Source: a virus
Lineage: Duplodnaviria; Caudoviricetes
IMG/VR virus record: IMGVR_UViG_3300014205_000173
Length of the DNA stretch: 64,000 nucleotides
Strand: one strand, 5' to 3'
Shown here: piece after piece, positions 41,601-51,328 of the stretch
Position numbering within the stretch: position 1 is the stretch's first letter
How the letters are laid out: each line of letters starts with the position of its first letter
Position numbers and translations under genes: made by a program
The notes under the pieces: model-generated
What the model was told of the DNA's origin: nothing
The model's input: only the letters and a program-made list of their open reading frames with translations
Databases searched by the model: none

Positions 41601-42883
41601 CCAGTTCCATTAAAACCAAATCCATATTCAAATCCATAACCATATCCGTAAGAGTTTTCATAAACTAATTCAAAATTATTATCAAACCCATCACTAATAC
41701 CGTGTCCACTTAAGCTTCCATCATAATCAAAAACTTCTTCATCTAAACTAAAAGTATCCTTAAAATTAGTATATATAACATCAAAATAATCCAAACCATT
41801 ACCATATCCATACCCATAACCATAAGCTTGATCTGAATCAAGATTCCCAGTAATTGTAATAAAAATAGGGTTATATTCACCCTCTTTAAACTCTTGTTCT
41901 GAATTAAATGTATATTGACCAAGATCTCTTGAGTTTACAAATTTACCTTTTATTAAATGACTTTCAAAATCCAACTCTGCTGTTGTAGCATTAATATCTA
42001 TAAAACTTTTTGGATTAAGAAGTTCGCTATTTCCTATTCCGGGAATAATGGCCGCAAAATTAAACATGTAATCATCAATATTTGAAAAAACATGTTTCAT
42101 TGATAATATTAATTGTATTAAATTTGCAGTCATAATATCGCCAAAAAGCAATCTATTTAATGTTTGCAATTTTTCAACTAAAGAGTCTATCTCTTCGTGA
42201 GTTAAAGTTCCGATGTCAGAAAGATCATTGTGGCTCAAACTAAATCTATCTTTAGGAATTATACCACTTGTAATTTTTGAGGCAGGAAGATCTTCAATAT
42301 TTGCCGCACTTAAAACACCCTTAACGTGATTAAATAAATCAATTTTATCAGGCTCTCCCGGAGCCCCAGTATGAACGTGGTCTTCTATTAAAGAAGAAAT
42401 AAACCTTATTAACTCTAAACTTTTTCTACCTGATTCTTCAGTCATGTTTATTTCTGCAATATTACCATTCTTATCTACCGTAATATATCCTAAAGGTAAA
42501 TAAACATCAAAACTAAATGTTTCTGTAGTTATTATAAGCTCACCCTGTGCTGTATATGGCGTTTTTCCTAAAACCTTCATATAAACATTATTTCTTAATA
42601 AAGAACTGTCTGTTGGTAATGTTGGAGATTCCATCAGATAATCTGATGAAGTTGAAGCAGCTATTGAAGAAATTACTCCAGAGCCTCTTGTAACTCTAAT
42701 CTTTTTTAAGTTATCATTATCCTTTACAATTTCCCACCCAGAAATAACGCCATCACCCAAAAAGGTGAATATAGCTTCAAGCTGTCTATCTATTGCCATA
42801 AACCTAGTCCTATCAATAGGTCCAGTTAAAACCTCTCCAGAAGAAAGATAGGGCAATCTATATATACTTGTAAGCTTTGGCAT
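38672..42883 (-). CDS. Tail fibre/tail-tip protein (1403 aa), paralogue of the N-terminus of the 6299-aa protein; C-terminal propeller-like region
   Basis: N-terminal YR.....G.....D..RF..I..QLE....G.G...GWE block, HVH motif, ASKITSG repeat, Gly-Tyr tag; AGGAG SD; two genes downstream of the hub-like gene. Confidence 0.7.
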   Translation of the reverse strand: MPKLTSIYRLPYLSSGEVLTGPIDRTRFMAIDRQLEAIFTFLGDGVISGWEIVKDNDNLKKIRVTRGSGVISSIAASTSSDYLMESPTLPTDSSLLRNNVYMKVLGKTPYTAQGELIITTETFSFDVYLPLGYITVDKNGNIAEINMTEESGRKSLELIRFISSLIEDHVHTGAPGEPDKIDLFNHVKGVLSAANIEDLPASKITSGIIPKDRFSLSHNDLSDIGTLTHEEIDSLVEKLQTLNRLLFGDIMTANLIQLILSMKHVFSNIDDYMFNFAAIIPGIGNSELLNPKSFIDINATTAELDFESHLIKGKFVNSRDLGQYTFNSEQEFKEGEYNPIFITITGNLDSDQAYGYGYGYGNGLDYFDVIYTNFKDTFSLDEEVFDYDGSLSGHGISDGFDNNFELVYENSYGYGYGFEYGFGFNGTGNAIIFLNPLGADQLVHSKDDGDLYSDLLDTTDRATSYPLLSATTSPSYIDSKKLISFGSQAASLYDGIVSGKKRRSSNVSSSTTPDSTSMYSYTSILSVKDGNITRIESDKSIMFAVWEDLYDVSENMFLNFLLKQTNSSDAILDPNWTYDYDMDLIIEVTNPSYSEYPARYYYRYIGDSSVPSTYRFFGRGDDEPFQSNDLDENGVPTVTISAELVSSKMEFLFGYVDDTSLEFTVTTPPSTALTDPGWDVLKVGVTGIYLLTSRDDGYDVIQNQAKPLSWPQGSRSQLEVIDSIELSEMLVDINNVYFSGSFEYSSNIDNNKLENLTIDFPDPISIESISWVSTEPGDSAIYLQIKKNASIIVGADAGESDYRENLFFTKKSSEFMEGGVYSSLFVQEFGPDSGDLLRTYLSSGESLPEVFSQIYSTSYGISIRVVLLPTSDNKATPVLNSLTINYSTETTSGSLTISAQDDFDSYRSIENTKITSGEVSILETSRTGNIIYGSNKKVTELKSTFNEKYTNNYTGSNLPKTALQILNEESSGLVGDITDLKIMSSGNIMFLDRDSSRIIEIDTNRDIVNMYVSEFAFNRVYEADPSIPASLEGKVVNVVFNRQLGDNGVLYVIFSHEISSWFDGVITPNDTSVESDINVIPENFNIRYKGLSRNLSDSESIYAVDRGVLAFFVSAETGNWIESISSPILDVNFHPDSETLIPTASSIVKFENSEVPVEDLNGANQRINILKIGNKGSVTNSYNLMFLPIQGTVAFNIDEYGYMYILKKARPYSWDDSIFESWYMKINPREAYKSSSLSKIESNSNFPQGSFGFENESNPSFETNSFFGIKGSIEKKGEFLLISLTGEKNNGLYVFRKNSTTSTYDLPTQISLDDDGTYPMDARFDPKTFENTDYGDIYVALSDLKRGVAGADSISRFEKIKPDGTKNWEWGRETSDASVKFSIGANSVRPLFTSSFDGLVFST
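41606..41828 (-). repeat. Gly-Tyr tag, copy in the 1403-aa protein
   Basis: AYGYGYGYGNGLDYFDV...GHG...FE...NSYGYGYGFEYGFG. Confidence 0.9.
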
Positions 42884-42889
42884 TTATTA

Positions 42890-42896
42890 TCTCCTT
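42890..42896 (-). promoter_or_regulatory. Shine-Dalgarno site (AAGGAGA) of the 1403-aa gene, representative of SD sites before 26597, 32456, 43164, 56529 and 59772
   Basis: - strand reads TAAGGAGATAATAAATG; AGGAG/GGAGG/GGGGTGA occur a few nt upstream of the other listed starts. Confidence 0.8.
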
Positions 42897-43164
42897 AAAC
42901 GGCTGTAGTAAGTCCAGTAGTACCAACTGGAGGTGGTTCGTCTGCTAAATTTAAAGGCTTGTTAAAAATTGCTTGCTTAGGATACGTATAATATATAGCT
43001 CTATTTTCAGCACCTTTAAATGAAAATCCAGTAAGACCTTTTTTTGCCCCACTTTCTCTACTTAAATAATCTATTATACGTTCTGCTAGCTTCTTTATAT
43101 TCTCAGATTCACCTTTGCCTAGCTTTCTATTCAAGGAAATCTTTATGTTTTTTTCATTTTCCAT
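42895..43164 (-). CDS. Hypothetical small basic protein (89 aa)
   Basis: AAGGAG SD upstream of ATG; fills the gap between two structural genes. Confidence 0.75.
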   Translation of the reverse strand: MENEKNIKISLNRKLGKGESENIKKLAERIIDYLSRESGAKKGLTGFSFKGAENRAIYYTYPKQAIFNKPLNLADEPPPVGTTGLTTAV

Positions 43165-43174
43165 TTTTATCTCC

Positions 43175-46165
43175 TTACAGGTGCTCTGCCTGTATATCTA
43201 TTTTGTAACCATATTTGGCATCCGTAGGATCAATAGTACCACTAACAGATATTACACGATATTTCATCTCAAATACTTCTTCACCAGTTCCTAAAACTAT
43301 TTTATCTCTATGAACAATTTTTATTATATCCAACGGTCTTATTGTTGGTCTACCATAAGTAAAGAAATTTACCTTCATTGGAGCCTGAAACATATGTTTT
43401 GCTACTAACTTTCTAAAAAAATCTATATGAGCCATATCTCCAAAAGCAGGTTGTTCTGTTCTAAATATTTTTCTATACCCAATAAAGTTTTTTGAATTTG
43501 GATTTTCAACAGAGTCAATATCTGATGCAGTTCCGTCCATAACCAAACTTCCATCAGTTCTATCTACAGACTGAATCTGTATTTGATTTACTAAATCTTT
43601 TACTGATTTATCAAAACCAAACTGTTCGTAAATTCTTTGAAAAGGATTAGGTGGCAAAGAGCCATCCTCATAAAAAACATAACTTGGATGAGTGACATCT
43701 AAATCGTCTAATAAAATCATTGGACCTAAATATCCAAATCCAGAACCATTAGATCTGTTTTTAATTGCATTTGAATAAATGTCAGTCAAAATAATTGTAC
43801 CATCTGGTTCTGTTCTAATAACGTGCATATGAAAACTTGCTATTTTTTGAATAGCCTCAAAAACAGACGTTCCTGAATCAAACCTAATTTTAGGATCTTG
43901 AAATGTATATCCCATTGGCAAAATATGTCTATGCGCAAAATCAGAAACTATATCAAACAATCCTTGTGGTATTCCTGTTTGAGTTGCACATGATAAGAAT
44001 GCTTTATCAACATTCATTCCATCAAAAATAGGACTATTTAAAATTGGAGAAGATTCCAATATTTCAAATCTATCACTACAATCCAAACTAACAATATCTT
44101 CCGCATACTGATCTGTTCTAGGTCCACATCTAGCTAGTCCTGTAAAAACCTTAACTAGCTTTCCACCATATGTAGTAGTTGATTTGTCATAAAAAAACAT
44201 CTCTTCATCAATTAGTGCCGGATCTTGATGAGTGCCTCCAATCCATCCTAAAGATACTTCCACCTCACGAACACCACCTTGAAGCCAATCCATTAACTCA
44301 TCTCGTGTAACTCCAATATTAAAATCATCAACAGTATTATTTAGCTGATAATCTTTGGGGATATAACATTCTATTTTAAAATTTTGTCTTATAATATAGT
44401 AGTCTTGGGCATCTGTATTATAAGAGAGTTGTTTTACTATATTCGTTATATCAAGTTCTTCAGGAATTGGAAGAGGAGGTATAGATTGGTCTCCTCTAAA
44501 TCTCCAAACAACAGGAGAAGCAAATCTTTTCCCTATATTCTCAGTATATTTGCCCTTCATAAAAGAAGGTTCGTCACAATTTAAATCTACTGTAAAAAAG
44601 AAATTCTTAAATAAAACAGGATATGATGTGGTTGTTTGAATACCATAACTAGCATTTGTTTCGCTTTGCAATCCCTCTCCAGTTGTTGGTGATTTCAGAT
44701 AAGCTTTTACAAGCCTTCTTATGTCTGATGGTTCTTCCGTAACTGGAATCATCATAGATGTATATGAATTTGATGACGCTCCATGTCCGGGATAGGGATC
44801 ACTAACAATATCAAATCCATAAGCTCCAGAATCGTCCACAGTATAAGTACTTCCATCAGGTGTTCTAGTCGCTTTAGAATAAGGGATTTCCATGAAGACT
44901 GCATTTTCACCACTCCTACCTCTCATATCAACCAAACCACCACCAAGGTCTTCTCTAATAGAAATTGGTATTAGCTTCACACTTGCATGTGGTTTTTTTT
45001 CTTTACCCTTTGGAGTATAAATATCAAACTCCAATGGATTATAATTAAATCTAAACTTAAATCCACGTCCGAGAATGCAAGTCTTACCGGGAGGCATAAA
45101 AAAATTTTCATACCTAGCCTGAGTTCTTTCACTAGCCTTAGATCCAATTGCCTGAGGGAACACCCAAACACTAGAAGAAAAATCAGATTTTACAATTAAC
45201 TTGCCCTTTAATACAAAGAAATATAATCTAAAGTTTTCTATCTCTCTAGTTAAAATCCAACTAGAATCATCGTTTCTGCTAGCAATATACCCTTTATAAC
45301 TTTTTGAGCTTCTACCTTCTTCGTTTGGGTCAACTCCATCTCCTTGATGATCCCAAATAAATGGGGCTTTACCTATTGGGAAAACTATATCAAACGGACC
45401 AAGATAATCAAAGTTCCCTTGATTTGAAACAGGGGCAACATAATTGCCAACAACCCTGTCTTTAGTGTCTTCTACAGACCATCCCATTCTAATTGCAAAA
45501 AAAGATTTAACTTCGTTCTCTTCTCCATAAAGCTCAAATTTATTAAAAGAATTTATTTCAGATTCTGGAATTGGATCTGGATCATCTCCCGGTCTTTTAT
45601 GTACATCTATCCAAAAAGATTCATTTGTAAAATTTCCATATTCCTGCGAAAGAAACCATTCAACATTTGGATTGCTTTCCTTTTGATGTATCCATGTAAC
45701 AGGAACCTTTCTTTCCGATGAAGATTGCCCAAATCTTGTATCCATAAATTCCTCTTCAATAAGAGGAGAATAATCGGTTTCTTTTTTTTCCCATGGCTCT
45801 TTGTAATCAGTGAAACTAGATCCTATTTGTTGACAAATAGTTGGATGAGATCTCCAAACTCTTTTCTTTTTTTCATTAGAACTCTCATCTATGCCATTTG
45901 GGGTTGATACAACATATCTTCCTTCATTTGGAACTGGAGAGTTAATTACATAATTATTTCTGTTTGCATATAATGGATTTACCATCATTGCCCCTACAGT
46001 TGATTCGTAGTAGGCATTACCCGCTCTAAAATTTTCTTGACCATACCCAGTAGAAAATTCTTTTAATTGAATGTCAAATTGCTTTTGAGCAGGAAGAACC
46101 CACTGAAATTGTTTTTTCCTTAAAATAACTTTAGCAATAGGTTGTCCTACATATTCTGTCGCCAT
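43175..46165 (-). CDS. Tail-tip hub protein (T4 gp27/Tal-like C-terminal half) with large N-terminal extension
   Basis: VFTGL...VSLDCSDRFEIL, SVFEAIQKIA..IRTEPDGTII, NQIQI, GRPTIRPLDIIKI..YRVISVS follow the hub-protein pattern; second gene after the tape measure gene. Confidence 0.65.
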   Translation of the reverse strand: MATEYVGQPIAKVILRKKQFQWVLPAQKQFDIQLKEFSTGYGQENFRAGNAYYESTVGAMMVNPLYANRNNYVINSPVPNEGRYVVSTPNGIDESSNEKKKRVWRSHPTICQQIGSSFTDYKEPWEKKETDYSPLIEEEFMDTRFGQSSSERKVPVTWIHQKESNPNVEWFLSQEYGNFTNESFWIDVHKRPGDDPDPIPESEINSFNKFELYGEENEVKSFFAIRMGWSVEDTKDRVVGNYVAPVSNQGNFDYLGPFDIVFPIGKAPFIWDHQGDGVDPNEEGRSSKSYKGYIASRNDDSSWILTREIENFRLYFFVLKGKLIVKSDFSSSVWVFPQAIGSKASERTQARYENFFMPPGKTCILGRGFKFRFNYNPLEFDIYTPKGKEKKPHASVKLIPISIREDLGGGLVDMRGRSGENAVFMEIPYSKATRTPDGSTYTVDDSGAYGFDIVSDPYPGHGASSNSYTSMMIPVTEEPSDIRRLVKAYLKSPTTGEGLQSETNASYGIQTTTSYPVLFKNFFFTVDLNCDEPSFMKGKYTENIGKRFASPVVWRFRGDQSIPPLPIPEELDITNIVKQLSYNTDAQDYYIIRQNFKIECYIPKDYQLNNTVDDFNIGVTRDELMDWLQGGVREVEVSLGWIGGTHQDPALIDEEMFFYDKSTTTYGGKLVKVFTGLARCGPRTDQYAEDIVSLDCSDRFEILESSPILNSPIFDGMNVDKAFLSCATQTGIPQGLFDIVSDFAHRHILPMGYTFQDPKIRFDSGTSVFEAIQKIASFHMHVIRTEPDGTIILTDIYSNAIKNRSNGSGFGYLGPMILLDDLDVTHPSYVFYEDGSLPPNPFQRIYEQFGFDKSVKDLVNQIQIQSVDRTDGSLVMDGTASDIDSVENPNSKNFIGYRKIFRTEQPAFGDMAHIDFFRKLVAKHMFQAPMKVNFFTYGRPTIRPLDIIKIVHRDKIVLGTGEEVFEMKYRVISVSGTIDPTDAKYGYKIDIQAEHL

Positions 46166-46174
46166 TTAAATTCC

Positions 46175-49100
46175 TTAAACATTTAAATCTAATTTCCACC
46201 TTTTACCATCAGAGCTAGATGTTACGCATCTTAATGATTTGTTTTCTCCAACAAAAAACAACCAACTCATACCGTCTTCTGTCCAATTTACAGATACCTG
46301 TTGAGGAACAAATGGTTCTTCTAGTGCAACACCACTTAAATCCGTATTCTCTTCAGACAATCCATTAGTAGTTCCTATAATTAGGGTTGGCTTTTTTTGG
46401 TTTGCAATTTCCTGAAAAAAATCATCAGTAGAAGAATTTGGACCCTCTTTTTGTTTAAGAATTGCTCCTGGAACTCTGTAAACAAACAACTTATCTGTAG
46501 TTGATATAAATATATGTAAACCCTCCATTCCTTGATCATACGATAAAGTAAGTGCGTATATTGAAAATGATTGTAGAGTTTTTTGAAGAAATCCATTTTC
46601 ATTAAAGAAATCGACTCCAATATCAGACCATCCACTTGAATTATATTCAGTTCCACCTTCGCTTGAATTTATCCTTATTCTCATTTCATTGTCTAGTGAT
46701 TTTGAAACAAAATAAATAACACCTCTTTCGGAAAGAGTTGCAGAGAAAATAGCACTTGAATTAAATGTTATTGGTAAAATATGATTCCCAGAACCATTAA
46801 AATATTCTTTCCAAGATTTTTTTTCTTCATTTCTCATCATTGATGATCTACTATTTTCTGGCTCAGTTATTGACGGATCTCCAGTACCAGTATTTCCAGA
46901 AGAACTATAAGACTCATCATCATCTCCCTTAACCAGCTTCATAAACATTGATCTTGTAACATGAATTAAATTTACTGAATTATCAGTATTTCTATAAACA
47001 AACAAAAACAACATATCGTTTGCTTCATTTCCCAAAACTAAAGGGTGACTACAATTAGATAAAACTGGTATTGGCTTAAAGGAATCAGAAGACTGTAAAT
47101 CAGAAATGCCGGGACGTTTCCAAAACTGTCCATCCTTTGAAGACATAACAGCCTTAATTTGATTAAATGTATTTCCGGAATCAGAATAATAAAATATAAC
47201 ATAATCCCCAGTTGTAAATAACTCTATATCTCCAGAAACTCCATTTACAAATTTATCATTATCTACATATTGTACATTTATTTTTTCTATTTTACCAGTA
47301 TTTGTATTTTCTTTTTCAATTACCTTCAACTTACTTAGTCCTTGGGAATATGGTATTTGAATATACCCTTGACCATTTAAAGTTGTTGCATCGTTATACG
47401 TTGATAAAAATAAAGAATGTTTTGTTCCAGAACCATCAACATATCCAAAACTTGAAAAATCACTACCACTAGAAGCTTGTAAGAAAAAAATACCATTATC
47501 ATTTTCAAAACTAAAAGAATTTTTTTTAGATGTATATATTTCAAGTCCAACAGCAGTTCTATTTGGTTCTTCAATACTAAAAATTCCATCTATAGAAATA
47601 TCTTCTCCAATTTTTTTCTCTTTTACACTTAAGGGTCCTGTATAAATTGGAATATTCCTTCTTAAACTTTTATTAGAAAAATCATAAATAGATTCTTGAG
47701 AATCTCTATCTTCAAATTTTGTAAAACTATATTTCATGTTTAAAATATTGTTATTATTATAAATTATAGAAAATTTTCTCATTTTACTATCAAATACAGA
47801 ATCTATTTTGGTTTGTGCTTGAGGTTCTGGAGGAACATAATCAATCGTTTGCATTTCAGTAAATGGTGCGTTACTTCCATTTACTGCAACTGTAGTGTGT
47901 ACAATATCTATAATAGGAAAATCAGTAATATTATTCCCCATCTTAATTGTTTTGTTTGCCAAATCACTAGGTTCAGCAAAAGCATCAATATAATAAAATG
48001 GAGAAGATAAATCTCCAACAACAGCCAAAGATCCCGGTGAAAAATTAGAAGCGTTCTCAGTTCCAGTTTCTTGAGAAAAAAACCAACTATCACCAGACAA
48101 AGTAACAAAACCTCGTGTTGGACAAATTAGGTGAGAATAATCTCCGTAAAGAGTTGATGAATACGCAGCATCAACTCTCTCTAAACTTGGTAATGAATCT
48201 AAATTTATAGAAACATCACTAATCGTAACACCACCAACACTAACCCCATTCAACACTCTTACTGCTAATTGACTACCAGATTTTAAATAATTTTTATGAT
48301 CAAAAGTAACTGATACAGATGCCTTTTCAAGGTCTATTTTATCATTGAACATTATTTGACCAGTAAATGGATTTATTTGAGATAACTCAGATCCAAATGT
48401 TCCAAACTCAGAAGAATTTGAAATAATTTTAGTTGCTATAAAAGTATTATTTACAAATATTTTTGGAGCCCAAACTTCCGGATCAAAAGTAAAAGAGTAT
48501 ATAAAATTATCTATTTCTCTGTATGATAAATTTATATCAAATAATCTGCCATTTAATGTTTCATCTTCTCCTGAATATGGTCTGCAATAAAGCCTCAAAG
48601 GGTCAAATGCATTAAATTTTATCCTTCCTAAAAATGGAGATTCACTTTGACTTTCATTAAAACAAACAGCACTATAAAACTTATAAATTTGTTTAAAGTT
48701 TTCTTCGTTTGATGGTTTATATAAAACCTCAATTTCATACTTATAAAAATCTTCAGTGTTTCCATCAACAGTAACATTAAAGCTTATGTCTTGAAAAATT
48801 ATTGACACAGGATTAGATCCACCATCAACATTTGAAGGTATTAATCCTGTTGTCTGAAATATTACAGAATACCCAGTTCCAACATCTATTTTTACAGATT
48901 CTGATTCCCTTTTTTCAACAGCAATAACATGATCGCTTACATACTCAACCAACTGACATATTTTATAATAAGCTTGAGAATAGTTTCCACTAAGTAGGTC
49001 TTGCCCTGATCCTAATTTGTCTTTATCAAACAGTGGTGGTGCAAGAAAAGAACCAACGGACTCCTTTGCTGGGTCAACTTTAATGAGATTGCTTCTACAT

Positions 49101-51328
49101 ACAATAACTGGTTCATTTTCAAAAATACTATCAGAAAGTTCTATTAAATCGGTAGCAGTACTTCTTGAAATTCTATACCATGCAGTAAATTCATCTGGAT
49201 CTGAAAGAGATATTACTGGAGATATTTTTAATTTCTTTATATAAGATGGAAAAAATAATCTTCCTTGAAATTCTAAAATAGATCCATCTGGAGTTCCATA
49301 ACTAATATTTGTTTTTACTGCATTTTCGATATATACATAAATAGAAGTTTCAGTAGGTTCATATAGGTTCCCATCGTCATCAATCCAAGATGGAATAACT
49401 TCTAAAATATAATTTCCACCAGTCCTTGCAGCAGAAGAAACAACCCTTCCAGTAAGCTTATAGTTTAAGCCATAAGGACATACCTTTCTCCAATATCTCA
49501 TTTCTGCACCAAAATCACCAAAAAAACCATAAAACCTATCGTCTATTAATTGATTATTCCTGTTAAAATTACCATAAAGCCCATAAATCCTATCAACCAA
49601 TGTTATGTTACCATCACCATCATAATCTCTATCAGAAACTCCTGAAGACTCTAAGCACAATCTTCTTGATTGATCTTTAAGAATATCAGAATCTATTCCG
49701 TTCAAAGTAATTTTTTTTGAATCACTGACTTCAAACTCCTCAGCAGACTCTTCATATAAAGAAGATTCTGAACTCAATCTACCTCCGATTAAATTATATA
49801 AAATATTTATTACTTGAAATCCCAAAAAAGTTCCATCCTGAATTCCCAAATAATTATTTCCAAAAATAATACTCCCCTTATCTTTTCTTAAAGAAAAAAC
49901 CTCTTCAGAAAATTCTGTAGAATTATGTTTTAAGAATACTCCATAAACATTTGCTATTTTAGAAAGTTCAGAAATAGCAGTAGTGGTTATATCAAGTATT
50001 TTTATTCCATTTGTATTTTCAGAAAGATTCATTCCAGATAAAAAAGCGGCTGAATATTTGTTTCCTGTGTCAGAAAGTGCTACACTTTTTACAAATGATG
50101 CCACAGTACTCATGTTTTCGTTTTCCCAACCTAAATCTTTTGAAAAATCATCAGTTGGAACAACTGTATAAAAATCATCCAAACTAAACTTTTCCTTCAA
50201 TATATTGCCAGCAGAAACTAAGTCTGTCGTGTTTGATACCAATCCTTCTACTGTCATTGAATCAAATGTTATGAAATTAAATACGGCTTTATTTTCTTCA
50301 GTTTTATCAACAAAATTATCTACCAATACAGATAACGAATCTGCAATAGACAAGTAAATTGATTTATATTTTATATTTCTCTCAAAACAAATATAATATA
50401 TTGTAGATTTTAATAATTTTTTTTCAGAATATGTTGACGAAACATATTCCAATTTTCTAGAGTTTAATGTTCTGTATGCATCGGCTCTAATAACCGTTGC
50501 AAATGCCGCACTAATTGGACCAAGTGTACCAGTAAGAGATTGAGAAGATATATTGAATTTCACACTACTTCTAAGTGCTATCTGTCCATTTCCATCAATA
50601 ATATCACATGTGTTATAGACATTGTTGCTTGAAGATGCTGAACCAAAATTTCCTAAAAAAAACGCACTAGGAAATGGTATTACTATTGGTAAAAATAATG
50701 CATTTAGATCTATATTAACGAAGTGTCTTACCTGAATTGCTTGTGCTGGAACCATAGAAGATGGAACACCACCAGTATTTGTTGGAGTTCTCCAAGAGCC
50801 TCCATCTATATTGTTCATCAAAAATTTTCTTTTCTGATCAAGCTTTTCCTTCCCATAATTGTATCCATAATAAAGCCAAGGAGTCCACGGACTTGAACTC
50901 ATTATTATTATTTCTATTGTATCTAAAACTCCAAACTCACTTGTAAACTTTGTTTTATCAATAAAAATAACACCCTCTTGTTTTCCGTTATTGGTTATAA
51001 AATTACCAATTATTCCAGAAGGAACTTTAAATATTCCATCGTAAATAATAGTTTTATTTACAGAAAGTCCAAGAAACCATTTTTGACTATTATATCCACC
51101 ATACGAAGATATAACTAAAGACTCACCCAAGTTTTGCAACTCTTCAAGATTTAAGTTTGTATCAAAATCACCAGTAGCAGAAACAACATCAGATCTTTCT
51201 ATAGGTCTATTTATTAATAGTTTGTCATCTGCAAGAAAGGGAAAATTTGTTTTATACCTAATAAAACTGTCATTTTCGACTTCTTTATATGCATAAAAAT
51301 AGTGAGTTAATCTTTTTAATCCAGCCAT
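46175..51328 (-). CDS. Large (1717 aa) tail-tip protein in the distal-tail position; C-terminal propeller-like region
   Basis: Directly coupled (TAATG) to the tape measure gene; SKDGQFW and SSDGKRW Asp-box-like motifs; DYDGDGNITLVD loop. Confidence 0.55.
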   Translation of the reverse strand: MAGLKRLTHYFYAYKEVENDSFIRYKTNFPFLADDKLLINRPIERSDVVSATGDFDTNLNLEELQNLGESLVISSYGGYNSQKWFLGLSVNKTIIYDGIFKVPSGIIGNFITNNGKQEGVIFIDKTKFTSEFGVLDTIEIIIMSSSPWTPWLYYGYNYGKEKLDQKRKFLMNNIDGGSWRTPTNTGGVPSSMVPAQAIQVRHFVNIDLNALFLPIVIPFPSAFFLGNFGSASSSNNVYNTCDIIDGNGQIALRSSVKFNISSQSLTGTLGPISAAFATVIRADAYRTLNSRKLEYVSSTYSEKKLLKSTIYYICFERNIKYKSIYLSIADSLSVLVDNFVDKTEENKAVFNFITFDSMTVEGLVSNTTDLVSAGNILKEKFSLDDFYTVVPTDDFSKDLGWENENMSTVASFVKSVALSDTGNKYSAAFLSGMNLSENTNGIKILDITTTAISELSKIANVYGVFLKHNSTEFSEEVFSLRKDKGSIIFGNNYLGIQDGTFLGFQVINILYNLIGGRLSSESSLYEESAEEFEVSDSKKITLNGIDSDILKDQSRRLCLESSGVSDRDYDGDGNITLVDRIYGLYGNFNRNNQLIDDRFYGFFGDFGAEMRYWRKVCPYGLNYKLTGRVVSSAARTGGNYILEVIPSWIDDDGNLYEPTETSIYVYIENAVKTNISYGTPDGSILEFQGRLFFPSYIKKLKISPVISLSDPDEFTAWYRISRSTATDLIELSDSIFENEPVIVCRSNLIKVDPAKESVGSFLAPPLFDKDKLGSGQDLLSGNYSQAYYKICQLVEYVSDHVIAVEKRESESVKIDVGTGYSVIFQTTGLIPSNVDGGSNPVSIIFQDISFNVTVDGNTEDFYKYEIEVLYKPSNEENFKQIYKFYSAVCFNESQSESPFLGRIKFNAFDPLRLYCRPYSGEDETLNGRLFDINLSYREIDNFIYSFTFDPEVWAPKIFVNNTFIATKIISNSSEFGTFGSELSQINPFTGQIMFNDKIDLEKASVSVTFDHKNYLKSGSQLAVRVLNGVSVGGVTISDVSINLDSLPSLERVDAAYSSTLYGDYSHLICPTRGFVTLSGDSWFFSQETGTENASNFSPGSLAVVGDLSSPFYYIDAFAEPSDLANKTIKMGNNITDFPIIDIVHTTVAVNGSNAPFTEMQTIDYVPPEPQAQTKIDSVFDSKMRKFSIIYNNNNILNMKYSFTKFEDRDSQESIYDFSNKSLRRNIPIYTGPLSVKEKKIGEDISIDGIFSIEEPNRTAVGLEIYTSKKNSFSFENDNGIFFLQASSGSDFSSFGYVDGSGTKHSLFLSTYNDATTLNGQGYIQIPYSQGLSKLKVIEKENTNTGKIEKINVQYVDNDKFVNGVSGDIELFTTGDYVIFYYSDSGNTFNQIKAVMSSKDGQFWKRPGISDLQSSDSFKPIPVLSNCSHPLVLGNEANDMLFLFVYRNTDNSVNLIHVTRSMFMKLVKGDDDESYSSSGNTGTGDPSITEPENSRSSMMRNEEKKSWKEYFNGSGNHILPITFNSSAIFSATLSERGVIYFVSKSLDNEMRIRINSSEGGTEYNSSGWSDIGVDFFNENGFLQKTLQSFSIYALTLSYDQGMEGLHIFISTTDKLFVYRVPGAILKQKEGPNSSTDDFFQEIANQKKPTLIIGTTNGLSEENTDLSGVALEEPFVPQQVSVNWTEDGMSWLFFVGENKSLRCVTSSSDGKRWKLDLNV

